Shown here in pieces: positions 39,001 through 59,700 of a DNA stretch of 64,000 nt. The notes below the pieces were generated by a model. That model saw only the letters and a program-made list of their open reading frames with translations. It was not told where the DNA came from and ran no database searches. The DNA is from Macrostomum lignano (Eukaryota): NCBI GenBank assembly GCA_002269645.1, contig NIVC01002312.1:120963-184962 (forward strand). The letters run 5' to 3'. Every line of letters starts with the position of its first letter. Position 1 is the first letter of the stretch. Position numbers and translations under genes: made by a program.

Positions 39001-40044
39001 ACTGAGGTGACAAGCCCTTGGCAATCGTGTGTCACGGTTCCAAGAAGAGTTATTTTTTATTTTAGAGTGCTGCGGCCACCATTGGGCTTAGTACTCGTAA
39101 AAAGGTCAGCAGTAATGTTTACCCAGAATCTTTTGAAAATGTCAGATAGATGGATCAACACTTGCTCGCTACTTAAGTATTTGCTGACGCCATCGTTCTC
39201 CACTTTCATCAGTAGGTTGTTGTCTGCGGCGTACAATTCTGGCTTGTACACAATGAAGTGTCGCTGTATTTCGAGCAGTTGTTGCAGTGAAAGACTTAAC
39301 GCCATTTCTGGCTGGCCTCCTAGATCTAGTTGCTGGGCCTGTCTCCCAGATCCTTAATTGCTGGGCCAGCCTCTCAGATCCTCAGTTGCTGGGCTCATCG
39401 ATACAGATGCAAGCTCCTGAAGAGCTCGATTGCCATAGATTGGATCCATGGCAGCCCTTGAAATCTGGCTTTTGCGACCTTTAAACGAGATACAACTGCA
39501 TATTTGCAAAAAAAATGTTTCTAGGGAGAAGCCACCTGTCACCAAAAAGGCGTATTTTGGATGACAGTGTGAGGCTCATTTTGGGTCGATAAACCAAATT
39601 TGCTATGCACTTTCATTATGCATGTTCTGACGCGTGAGCAGCTAACACAGTGCTCCAATGAAGCTTTCCATTTCAACAATATCACAGTCTTCAAAGTCAC
39701 TGCCCCAAGTCTGTAATGGCCAGTCCTATTTGTTGCTTTGATAATTTCTTCAGCAGTATCTCTAGGCAAAAAAATAGGACGCATTTCGTTGCCGGCTCAA
39801 AAGAGAGAAGTTTGGGTTATTCTGCGACTCTAAATGCAGCACAGAATCGCTTGGCCATTGCCTTGGAGGCGGATGTTGAGTGCTATAGCTAAATTAATGA
39901 TTTGGCAGAGGCTTGATCTCATAAACTAAATGTAGTTTTGACAGCTGAAAGTGTTTTGTGGCGACTTTTTTAGACTTAAAGTTTTGAGACCGCATCTGTG
40001 TACGCAGTGCTCAGCACGATGGATGAAAGCTTGAAAAGAGGTAT

Positions 40045-40230
40045 TTTAGGACCGCAGGCGATGTTCCAGCCACAGTGGTAACGTCGTCCGCGTTGCCGAC
40101 CTTTGTACCGGTTCTAGATTTGGGCTGCTGAGCAGCTCGTCCATGACCAGGTTCAAGAGAACCGGGCTGATGCCTCAACCTTGCGGTCGACCTTTCTAGA
40201 CATTCACAGAATGGGAGTGTCCGAGGAGGT
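40045..40230 (-). mobile_element. Degenerate non-LTR reverse transcriptase fragment
   Basis: Minus strand reads PQG*GISPVLLNLVMDELLS followed, after a frameshift, by ADDV (40081-40092): RT motifs QG..SP.LF and YADD with stop and indel. Confidence 0.6.
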
Positions 40231-40551
40231 ACAAAGTCTAGCTTACTATCTTGTAGTTATTTAGGAAATAATCTAGTCTGACTAGCTATTTAGCATGGCC
40301 ATATCCTAGGATCCTATTCTAGCCTCAAAAGTGTTGCCTACTGAAGCACTACTATGCGATTCTATAGGTGGCTTATGGGGCCATATCTGTCACTTTCTAA
40401 TGCACCGTTACTTTGAAAGTGAAGGAACTACAAGTATTATATGCATTTGAATTTTTCAACTGTTTGTAATAACTCAAAACTTGACTCGACTCGTCGAGCA
40501 CAGCTCAACTGAGTACTCGTACTTATCAATTACAAATAATTCTAATATTGC

Positions 40552-42311
40552 ATGGCTCAAGCACCAGCCAAAGACCCACACCAGTTTGTGGGCGTCAAGG
40601 ATGTTAACCAGCAGAAGCTGGTCCGGGCTCTGGCCGCCTTCCTGAAGAAGACCGGCAAACTGCCCGTGCCTGAATGGGCTGACGTTGTCAAACTGTCAGC
40701 CGCCAACGAACTGGCCCCCAGCGACTCCGATTGGTTTTACGTGCGCGCCGGCTCTATTCTGCGCCATTTGTACATCCGTGCCCCGGTGCGTTGCGCGACT
40801 TTTTATAATTTGCTAGGATTTTTTTAGAGGCAGGGGGTTTTGTGCACCCTGTCGCACTTTAAGCGACATGGCACACAACCGGCGAGAGGCATTACTGCCC
40901 ATTCCGCCGACTCCCCTGAGCAGGCATACAAGCGCGCGGATACGTACGCAGGCACACACTCACACAGGAGTGTACAGCGGCCCTAACTTTATATTATCGT
41001 TAGGCATGTACACTTCACTGCGCCTTGGGGGGTTGGCTCTCAAGGCCGTTAATTGCACGAGCAGAGCCAAGCCGAGATTCCAATTCAGCCCCAAATTAAT
41101 GTGACTGCACTTGAAATCGAGCCTGGGTCGCTGGCACACCAGAGCAGCTGCGCTACCGCTGGGCTACTATCCTATTTGCTAGGATAGTAGTAATCGATTG
41201 TTACGGCGGCATAACCTCTAGAACCTCAGTTGCTGAGCCAGCCTCCCAGAAGCTCAGTTGTTAGGCCAGCCTCCCAGATCCTCAGTTGTTGGGCCAGCCT
41301 CCCAGATCCTCAGTTGCAGGGCCAGCCTCCCAGATCCTCAGTTGCTGGGCCAGCCTCTTTAATCTTCTGTTGTTAGGCCAGCCTCCCAGATCCTCAGTTG
41401 CTGGGCCAGCCTCTTTAATCTTCTGTTGTTAGGCCAGCCTCCCAGATCCTCAGTTGCTGGGCCAGCCTCCCAGATCCTCAGTTGCTGGGCCAGCCTCCCA
41501 GATCCTCAGTTGCTGGGCCAGCCTCCCAGATCCTCAGTTGCTGGGCCAGCCTCCCAGATCCTCAGTTGCTGTGCCAGCCTCCCAGATCCTCAGTTGCTGG
41601 GCCAGCCTCTTTAATCTTCTGTTTTTAGGCCAGCCTCCCAGATCCTCAGTTGCTGAGCCACCCTCCTAGATCGTCAGTTGCTGAGCCACCCTCCCAGATC
41701 CTCAGTTGCTGAGCCACCCTCCTAGATCCTCAGTTGCTGGGCCAGCCTCCCAGATCCTCAGTTGCTGAGCCACCCTCCTAGATCCTCAGTTGCTGGGCCA
41801 GCCTCCCAGATCCTCAGTTGCTGAGCCACCCTCCCAGATCCTCAGTTGCTGAGCCACCCTCTCAGATCCTCAGTTGCTGAGCCACCCTCCTAGATCGTCA
41901 GTTGCTGGGCCACCCTCCCAGATCCTCAGCTGCCGGGCCACCCTCGATTGTCACACCGCATGCAGACCCATTTGTTGCATTTGATGAAAAAATACGAAAC
42001 AAACAATAAGAAAAACCAATAAATACTCTACTCACATAAAGGCAGTAGTGTAATACGCAAATTTTGTCTAATTTCTGCAGGTGGGCGTCGGCGCTCTTAC
42101 CAAGGTCTATGGCAAGGTGAACCGGCGCGGCCACCGTCCCAACCATTCGTCGCGTTGCTACCGCGGCCCGCTGCGCAAATGCCTGCAGGGCCTGGAGTCC
42201 ATGGGCCTGGTGGCCAAGGACGAGTCGGGCGGCCGGCTGCTCACGTCGCAGGGCAGGCGCGATCTGGACAGAATCGCCTATCAGGTGTTTGCCGAGGCGC
42301 GCAAGAAGTGA
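40552..42311 (+). CDS. RPS19: 40S ribosomal protein S19 (eS19), 154 aa, two exons
   Basis: Exon 1 40552-40785 ([33 protein letters not shown]...[26 protein letters not shown]|GTGCGT) and exon 2 42081-42311 (CAG|[11 protein letters not shown]...[16 protein letters not shown]), phase 0. Confidence 0.97.
40820..41173 (-). mobile_element. Full-length tRNA-derived SINE, antisense in the RPS19 intron
   Basis: Minus-strand head GGATAGTAGCCCAGCGGTAG (A box) ... GGCTCGATTTC (B box); A6 tail at 40820-40825; exact 12-bp target-site duplication ATTTGCTAGGAT at 40808-40819 and 41174-41185. Confidence 0.88.
41220..41935. repeat. 28-bp minisatellite (GTTGCTGGGCCAGCCTCCCAGATCCTCA)n in the RPS19 intron
   Basis: Tandem units; about 3 degenerate copies also at 39314-39394. 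Confidence 0.94.
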
Positions 42312-42639
42312 ACTATGAGCATTGTTGAGTAAAAAAATTGTTACAGAATTGATGAAGCTGGTTTAGCGCTTGTCTGTTTGTGCATTGGGAAAACAAAAAT
42401 TGCACACAATAAAGCGATGGAATAGCTTGGCTATGCCCGGCAGGCCAGCATTATTGTTAAACTGCTTGTTGTTCGTGGAAAAATAGTTTGCAAAAATTTG
42501 TCTTTAATTCTTTTACCGAAAATCAGGTCAGGGAGGCAAGCTGAAAATCGTAGTTCATATCTTGAAAACCAGAGCCCCGATCCCCAGAATCAAAATTTCG
42601 ATCCCTCCTTAGACTCAAAATCTCACTCCGTAAAATCAA

Positions 42640-43190
42640 AATCCCTACTCCGAGAACAAAATCCTTACTCCGAGAACAAAATCCTTACTCCGAGAATCCA
42701 AATCCTTACTCCGAGAATCAAAATCCCTACTCCGAGAATCAAAACCCCAACCCTCAAAATCAAAATCCTTACTCCGAGAATCAAAATCCTTACTCCGAGA
42801 ATCAAAATCCCTACTCCGAGAATCAAAATCCCAACCCTCAAAATCAAAATCCTTACTCCGAGAATCAAAATCCCTACTCCGAGAATCAAAATCTCTACTC
42901 CGAGAATCAAAATCCCAACCCTCAAAATCTAAATGCTTACTCCGAGAATCAAAATCCCTACTCCGAGAATCAAAATCCCAACCCTGAAAATCAAAATCCT
43001 AATCCTGAAAATCAAAATCCCGACCCCAAGAATCAAAATCCCAACCCTCAAAATCAAAACCATTACTCCGAGAATCAAAATCCCAACCCTCAAAATCAAA
43101 ACCATTACTCCGAGAATCAAAATCCCAATCCTGAAAATCAAAATCCCGACCCCGAGAATCAAAATCCCAATCCCCAAAATCTAAATCCCA
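42640..43190. repeat. 21-bp minisatellite (CCGAGAATCAAAATCCCTACT)n
   Basis: Tandem units seen directly. Confidence 0.93.
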
Positions 43191-43829
43191 ATCCTAAGGA
43201 TCTTAATCCCATTGTGCAAACGGAAAAGTCCGAGCTCAATTGGCACGGAAAAAAGTTACCAGTGCACTCTTGCAAAGCCATGATGCATGGGCAGGGCCTC
43301 GGTCACGAGGGTAAATGGTTATTTTGACGTTGACATTGTCTGCCTGTTGCCAATATTATCGCTTTCTAAGCCTATTCGGCTGTGTTTCTGGCTAATGCAA
43401 TTTGCCTGACAACGCCTGTTCGCTGCCCTCCGCGCGCTCGGGGTTCGGTGATTGATGGCGGGCGGCTGCTGCTGTTGGTAAGGCGACCTTGCAGTTCAAT
43501 CCGCAGGAATTTCAGTCTTAGCTGAATTCGGTTGAACGACTGGCTTGGACTGTTATGCCTCTGCTGTGTGTTTGTCTTGGTCGTTGCTTTGTTCACTGAA
43601 TGCATGCCCGCTTTAAGAAATTTTTACTTTGCCAAATAGTTTTAAAATTTGCCGAGTCTGCAGCGTAATATCGATAAGAGTAGAGAGCACGTTATTTGTG
43701 CCAGGTGCGAACTGCATCAACTGTACTGTACATTCTGCTGTGTACATTTGAACTATTTTATTGCTGCGCCGATGCCTAAGCTCTTTGCCTGGTACTACCT
43801 CGTAGTACCAGGTACGAGTAGTAGACACC

Positions 43830-44690
43830 TCTGCCCTTCCTGACACCCCTGTCTTCCCTGACACCTGCCCTGCCTGACAACTCTGCCCTCCCTGACACCT
43901 CTGCCCTCTCTGACAACTCTGCCCTTCCTGACACCCCTGTCTTCCCTGACACCTGCCCTACCTGACAACTCTGCCCTCCATGACACCTCTGCCCTCTCTG
44001 ACAACTCTGCCCTCCGTGACAACTCTGCCCTCCCTGACACCTGCCCTCCCTGACAACTCTGCCCTCCCTGACACCTGTGCCCTCCGTGACAACTCTGCCC
44101 TCCCTGACACCTGCCCTCCCTGACAACTCTGCCCTCCCTGACTCCTCTGCCCTCTCTGACAACTCTGCCCTTCCTGACACCCCTGTCTTCCCTGACACCT
44201 GCCCTGCCTGACAACTCTGCCCTCCCTGACACCTCTGCCCTCTCTGACAACTCTGCCCTTCCTGACACCCCTGTCTTCCCTGACACCTGCCCTACCTGAC
44301 AACTCTGCCCTCCCTGACACCTCTGCCCTCTCTGACAACTCTGCCCTCCGTGACAACTCTGCCCTCCCTGACACCTGCCCTCCCTGACAACTCTGCCCTC
44401 CCTGACACCTGTGCCCTCCGTGACAACTCTGCCCTCCCTGACACCTGCCCTCCCTGACAACTCTGCCCTCCCTGACACCTGTGCCCTCCCTGACAACTCT
44501 GCCCTCCCTGACGCCCCTGCCTCCCTGACACCCCTGCTTTCCTGACACCTGCCCTCCCTGACCCCTGCCTTCCTGACACCCCTGACTTCCTGACACCTGC
44601 CCTCCCTGACACCCCTACCTCCCTGACACCCCTGCCTCCCTGACACCTGCCCTCCCTGACACTACCTGCCTCCCCTGACACAACTGTTTT
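43830..44690. repeat. Compound minisatellite built on CCTGACA(ACT/CCT)CTGCCCTC
   Basis: Variant tandem units with higher-order blocks. Confidence 0.92.
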
Positions 44691-45810
44691 TCCTGACAGC
44701 CCCTGACTTTCCTGGCGCTCTTCCCCTCAGTCCCACTGACGACCCTTCCCTATCCGCTAGTTGTCAGCCGAGTTCTCTTTGACTCCATTGTCTTACCTGC
44801 CGACCTTGGAAAGCCCTAGTCACCCACTGACCTTGACATCCCTTGGTGTTTGACAAATTTAATCCTCTCTTCCTAATACAGGTTTGGAGACAATCCATGA
44901 CATCTGCTAGTGCTTTTCTAAGCTTCCGGCTGCAAAACTGCTTTGTAAGAGCTGTCAGTCTGTATAATTGGCGAGCCCATTATTTTTTAAGCTGCGGAGC
45001 AAGATAACACAGTAGATATAAAAGATGTATTAAGAGATTTCAAGCGTCTGAGTGGCGTCGTCTGCGCGCACGCCAGACTGTGCGGAGGCAGCAGGTGAGA
45101 CACTGCAAGCCAAGACCACCAGCCGCAGCTGGCAGGTGTCAATCACACGCATTTTGCCTGCTTTGTGGGAGGTTAGAGAGAGAGAGGGAGGGACAGGTAG
45201 AATTGAGTGGCAATCTATACGGCACTTCATCTGGATTCTGGCTGCTTTTTTTCTCTATTACAGTGTGGGATGTCCAGTGCGTGCCTGCCGCCGTAGCACT
45301 GAATAGAGAGGCGGCGTTGCGGTGGGCTGCTGCTCCTAGAGTAGCGCCAGCTGTGCGATGTGCATAGAAAAAAAGTATTATTTGGCCAATTTGGCCAAGG
45401 CTTACAATTCCAAGCAATTTAGGGGGGTCTGCAGGGAAGATCTGCACAGACAGGCGGGGCGGGGCACTGTGGGAAGCTTCCTGAAATTATTCTTCATTTT
45501 AATAACTCCTCACACTTTGGCTGGTCTGGCGTGGACTCTCTTCAGAGCCTGGTCTGACCTCATGCGGCTAAGCGATTATCAACCCACCACCTCTTCCTGA
45601 GCTCTCATTGGCCAGTGCATGCACAGCCCATGCATGCAGACTTGCTGGCACTCAGTATAAAGATGCGGTCAGCCTCCCAAGTCCTGATCCGATCCGTGCT
45701 GCTAAAATTCGAGACAGAAACTGGGCTTTGAGATGCTGCTGAGCGGCGATCAACGGATGCTGCTGTGCTCGGGGTCCTCCTCCTCATCGTCCTCTCTGCA
45801 GCCTCCTTCG

Positions 45811-53697
<7,887 letters not shown>

Positions 53698-56600
53698 ATC
53701 ACAATGTACATCTACGCGCTTGTAGGAGGCGATTTGCTGTAAAATTATACAAGCATTTCTCACGAATCTGTTGAAATGATCAGATTGAGTGATATTGCTC
53801 GATTTGTAAAATATGACAGTTATGTATGAATATAGTGCTGCAGTTTTCTCTGAACTATACTTCTAATTGCATAGTTGCAATCTCAAGTGAATGCTTTGAA
53901 TCAATTGTTTCTAGAATACTATTACTAAATAATCTATCGATTTGTTAACAACGGGCGATAATCATCGCACTGTGCTTATATAGATTTTGTTTTGTCGCCT
54001 GAAATTTTTGCGCTTTGTGTTTCATTTATGATAGAATTTGTAACTAAGTGTATTTATTATGACGAATTTCGGATCTCGGATCTCGTTAAAAATCGGATGC
54101 GGTTTTTAACGATTCTTGTCTCATTGTCGGTCCAGTAGAGAGATCCGATAGAGAAACCGGCTCAATCGGCCACCGCTTCCATTTCAGAGCCTTAAGTTCA
54201 CATGAAATCCCCATTTTTCCCCATTTATCCCATGCGGAAGCGGCCGGAGTGGAAGAAAGATCAATTACGCTTTTCTTGTCTATTTTGGGTCTGAATAGTG
54301 AGAATTTCGCAGCGGTTTGGTTGCCTGACTCACGGCTTCCAAATCGCGCTTAAGTTCACATCCTCTTTTGATTATTATTAACTCAGTTACAGTGAGAGTT
54401 AGACTAAGCTGTGTACATTACCTCGTAGCCCCGAGGTAAAGAAACTGCTATTTTACTCGCACCTATGGCGAATGTCAGTTGAACTCGCGGCAGAAAAGTT
54501 TTCGTTCGAATTACGCATGTTTCCTTTTTTGATGTACATGTACATTTACGTATTACGTATTACGTTGTCGTTATAAGAATTGAATTCGTGCTTTCTTATT
54601 TGAGATTTATTTTAGCCTTCAATAATAAGCTGGAATAGATGCTTAACAGGGAGGGTACCGTATGAAGGTAGGATATTGATTGTTAGCTTACGTGATGGAT
54701 AAAATGTAAAATTTTAACATGGACTATACTGCACCTGCAGAATTCCATGGAGACCAAATCTAAACAAGTTAGCTAGCGGATTTTAAATGGACCATCGACG
54801 TGTAAATTCCGATGGCTCTAGTGAGTTGACCGTAGGCTATTAGCAGAAATACTGTTTGAATAGAACTACTTTATTTTTAAATCCATTCAGTTCAATCCAG
54901 AGAGCTTTAGTAAAAAAATAATTTATAGCAACGTCCTAAGGGCTACGCCTATTTTTGTATCAGTTCATGGACACGCTTAACGGTTTGCACGTTTTTTGGC
55001 GGGGAGCCGTCTGTTATTGTCTAATTGTTTGAAACGAAGCTGTTTACCAAAAAAAGTCCTAAGAGTTCAAAGCAAGAGACTTCTATTTTCATGCTCTAAA
55101 AATAAAGAAGGCTGTGCAATGAAGATGGAGGTCTAGATTTTATTTAGTCCGCAGAAATCTACACACGAAAGTTTGTTTTTGATGCAGTGAATGTACACCG
55201 AAAGTCGAAGTTCCATTTTTTTATGTACACGACGGTTAAAGTTCAAATCTGACATGACGAAAACAAACGTCACATGAGTCTATCCACCTGTTTTTGGCTC
55301 TTATGTAAACAGTTAAATAATATAGCGAAAGAAAACAAACTGAAGTGTTTTCGTTGAAAACCGAAAATAGAAGTTCCCTTTTCACACTATAAAAAGAGCA
55401 TGATTTTAGTGGATAGACTTGGCTAACCTACACAGTTTCTATTGCCATTGCTTTCACCTGAGAGACTTTTAATCTTCATACATTTGCTATCGAGGAAGTA
55501 ACATCAAATTTTCGTAAGTAGCCATCATATTTGTAAGTTTTACAGCAATTAATTCCAGCTTTATTGCAAGCATCTGCCATGCATTTGTGTGTCGATTTCT
55601 AGTATTTTTTAAACTTCAAGATAATAAACTTAATTTTGAACCTTCCATTGATTTCGCTTGTTGTTGTATATTAACAGAGAAGACATACCAGTAGAGTATG
55701 CCCCCAGCCCAATGTTTTGTTGTCTAGGGCACAGCCTATTATTTTATAATAAATTATTAACTACATGCATCCCAAGAGGAGATAATCTACCGGAGGAATA
55801 CGATAGCTCGAACCGCTTAAGCGAACCATTGCCTTCTTACTTAAATGTAGCAGCTCCAGGTCGGAGCAGAAGACATAACACTTGTATATACTGGCTTTGT
55901 TCCGAAATAGGAGTTCAGAATGCCCAAACTTAAGAAGAAAGCTGTGAATTTACTAAACCGCTAGAGCCGTAAAAATTTGAAAGTGCATCTGGTCTCTTTT
56001 TCGAGAAGCTGAGAGTCTAAACACTGGAAGGTCATTTGGCAAAGAGGCTAGCAGACACAACAGTTTTCAGACAGGAGCAGTCGCCACAGATTCTATGGTG
56101 GGCGCGGGGGCTTGACTTACTTGACTTTAGCTGCAGGGGGCGTCGTCCGTCGGTACAGCGAGGACGCGACGGAGACTGCCGGCCCCTGGCTACCAATAAC
56201 TTCCAGCGAAGTGATGTCGCTCAGGAGGACCCGTCGGTCTCGCCTGCAGCGCGGCCCCTCCTCACCAGCGGTGGGGGATAAATCAGCTCGCCCTGTGTCC
56301 CTTGGGGTACCCGTCGAGCACGGGTATGCTCTCGGGCCTACTAACGTCGGAGAGAACGGGGTTGGGCCCGAGGTGAGTAGTGAGCCTGGCCCTGTTGAAA
56401 ACCGGGCTGTGGCAGATAAGGGCGCGAGAGAGAAAGCACACAAAGTCCCCAAATTTGTAGGGCCCCTCAGCGATCCATTTGGCGCCTGGCTAGTGCTCTA
56501 AGCAATCGTGTCTGGTGCCGCAGATGTAATGCATGCAGCTATTCCATAAATGTCTCCTAAACACTCAGTAAATTACATTGTTTTAACCCGCCACAGGAGC

Positions 56601-56732
56601 AACATGTAGAATCTATCAAGGAATAACTTAAAAGCTTCTGGATAAATTTATTTTTACAAAATGGAAAGGTAGAATGCAGTGATCTATTAGTATCCATTTT
56701 CCCGTTTACAAAAACTTTAACAGGGCGAGTCG

Positions 56733-59700
56733 ATGTCTGGAGAAACCGAGACACAAAAGCGGTTTAACGGCCTCGTCTCAGATTTGGGCCTGTCAAAATG
56801 GTTTCCAGGAAGACTTATTGCCGAGACTGCAATCGCGATTAGGCCAGCTGACTTGGATAAACCAGGCTTGCAGTTTGTCCGGCAAATCATTGGTTGTCTA
56901 GGAAAGGTACGAGATGAACTTCCTTTGCACCAAGAGCAGGATTGCACAAGCAAGATTGATTGTCAGCAGCAGGAGGATGGTTGGGACGAAGATGAAGACG
57001 AAGGAGATCAGTCTGGAGACGTGAATCCACTGGATGTCTTACTGACAGTTTTTGTCTGCTGCAGCGAGGACCTGAAGCAGCTGATCTGTCATAGGCTGTT
57101 CTATTGCAAGCTGGCTATTCCATTCATATATAAAGATGAGACAGACAGGTGGGTGTCAAACCACAGCAACCTGAGACCCATTGCCATCGAGTACAAAGAT
57201 AAGCAGGGTAAAGCTATAGAAATGCCTATATTTTCGGACCGAGAAGTATTTTGCGTCGCCTTCGTGCGCATTGGCGAACACTCTGTGTCGAAGTCCAAGA
57301 TACTGAACTATATATTAAGCGATGGAAAGCATGACACGTTCTTCAATCGAGAGAGTAAAAATGGATCGGCGAGAGTGAAGTACTCAAGAGGACTTATTGA
57401 AACAGCTGTGTACATTCCACCCGGAGACGGAAGTGACCCTTTTGTTGCTCTTAATCTGAGAGGTGACGTCACTGAAAATCCGGAGCTATCCGGTGTGCTT
57501 TCCAAGTGCTCCAGTACTCTAGTTTGCATGGTTGCTGTAGAAGACGCGTTGCAGAACGCTTCTCGACTCCAGGAGTTGGCTGCTGAGGCAAACAATATGG
57601 TTCTGGTTCTAACAAAAAGAGACTCCAATACTAAAGCTGACTCTGACTTTAAAAACTGTCTCCGTAAAAGCATAAGCGGCATTTGGAATAGAGCGACGGT
57701 TGTTCTGGCATTCAAAGCCAAGACAATCAAGAGCTGTCGGGAGATTCAGGCCGAAGTTACGAACGTTTTACGGCAAAAAATGGGCCCCTCAAAGATCATT
57801 TCCGAGCAATTAAAATCCACTGGTCTTTTCCCAATGGACTCAGGAGATGGCGGACAAAGCCCAGCTCAACTGGCATCACTTGTGACGCAAAACTTTCGCT
57901 CCTATGAAAGCAAGACGAAATTTAAGAACGAGTTTCTGCCGTTGCACATGCAACTGTGGCAAGAATACAGCAAACTGTACAAAGAGACATTTTCTGCAAA
58001 AGCTCAAAAGGAAAATCTCGCAAAGATGCAAGAGCGAATGCTTGAAATCAGAAACAAACAAGTCGAACTGTGCATGCAGTTTTCCCCCATCATCAGGGAT
58101 TTATTCTCGAGTCTAAATGCTGCTGCGAGCCAGAGTGAGGAAATGGTAGGGGCCATCGTACTGCTAGAAGGAATCAAGCAACGATTCTATGAATGTTGCC
58201 TTGAAGTTGTTCCGCCGCTCCAGAGAGCATTTCTGGAAGCCAAAGAAAAGCATGACGCATGCCAGAGTGAGACTGAGATTGAAGCGCTACGGCAGAAATT
58301 ACAAGAAGCTGAGAAGGAGCTGGTGAATGCATCGCTTGACTTGAACAGTCTATTTAGAGAAGCCGGCCAGATCTACGAGGCAAGCCAGGAAAATTCAACC
58401 GTGTTTACACCTCGCCTAAGGGACGAAGTATTGAATTTGCCAGACACGTTTGCAAAGCTGCTACTTCACGGAATGCCACTGGAGATTTTGGATGGCGATT
58501 CCAGCAACATCCCAATTTTTTGGATATCCGCAGTGCTTCGGGCTTGTCACAAGCTTGTTGGCGAGAAGAAACTCTTCATCATTTCCGTGCTAGGAGTGCA
58601 GAGCTCGGGCAAGTCCACTCTTCTAAACACCATGTTTGGCCTGCGGTTTCCCGTGAGTGCCGGCCGATGTACGAGGGGTGCCTACCTCCAGCTAGTGAAA
58701 GTGTCTCCCGAAGCACGTCTACCTTTTGACTATGTCGCTATTCTCGACACCGAGGGTCTGAAAGCTCCAGAGCTGGGCATTTCGAGTCCTCGTCACGACA
58801 ATGAGCTTGCAACTCTCGTCATTGGCTTGGGCGATGTTTCCATAATAAACATTAAAGGTGAGAACTCTTCCGACATGAAGGAGATATTGCCCATCGCAGT
58901 GAATGCGTTTCTGCGCATGCGCCAAGTGAACAAGAAGCTGGAAATTCAGCGAAGCTGCATCTTCATTCACCAGAACGTCTCTGCTATTTCTGCCAAGGAG
59001 AAGATGGAAGAAGCCACTGCGGTGATGAAGAAGAGCTTGGACGACTTTACTAGAGAGGCCGCGGAAGGTGAAGGCCTCGCGGATGTGAAAACTTTCAACC
59101 AGATTATTTCATTCGACAGCAAAATGGACATTTTCTTCTTGCCTGACCTCTGGTTCGGGGATCCGCCCATGGCCTCAGTGAATCCGGGCTATGCAGAGAA
59201 GGTGCAGGTGATTCGAGACCACATCATGTTTCAAATGGCATTGAAGCAGAAAACGTATGTCAGTTTTAATGATTTCACTATTCGAATCGGTGATATGTGG
59301 AAGGCTATTATGTCAGAAGACTTTGTCTTCAGCTTTAGGAACAGCATCGAAATGAAGGCTTACATTCAAATGGAGCTGGCTCTTATTGATTGCAAAGACC
59401 AGATCGATGATTTCGGAAACGACTGGCTGCACAAGACGGCGTTCGTACAACTCAGGAATGCCTCCAGTGAGGAGAGCCTCTTTGCCGTAAAACAGAGTCT
59501 TCAGCAAGAGATGAGTGAGTCAATGAGCAGCATTCTTTCCAGAACAAAAGAACAATTGGAGCAATACTTCGAAGAAGACTCTTACAAAGAGCACAGCGTT
59601 CAATGGAAGTCGGGAAGCCTCTTGGCTTTGGACCGGGCGTGCAACTTAAAGCAGGAAGAGCTTCATGATCGAATTAAAGATGAATTGAAAATCCAGCGGC

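Noticed and set aside
39057-39305. 82-aa ORF with faint resemblance to DIRS RNase H (DLF.S motif)
   Set aside because: Similarity limited to a few residues; cannot be distinguished from chance.
45607-45661. CCAAT (reverse) and TATAAA as promoter of the C2-PDZ-PH gene
   Set aside because: Short motifs with no transcript-start evidence; an acceptor-like AG at 45801 suggests the true 5' end may lie elsewhere.
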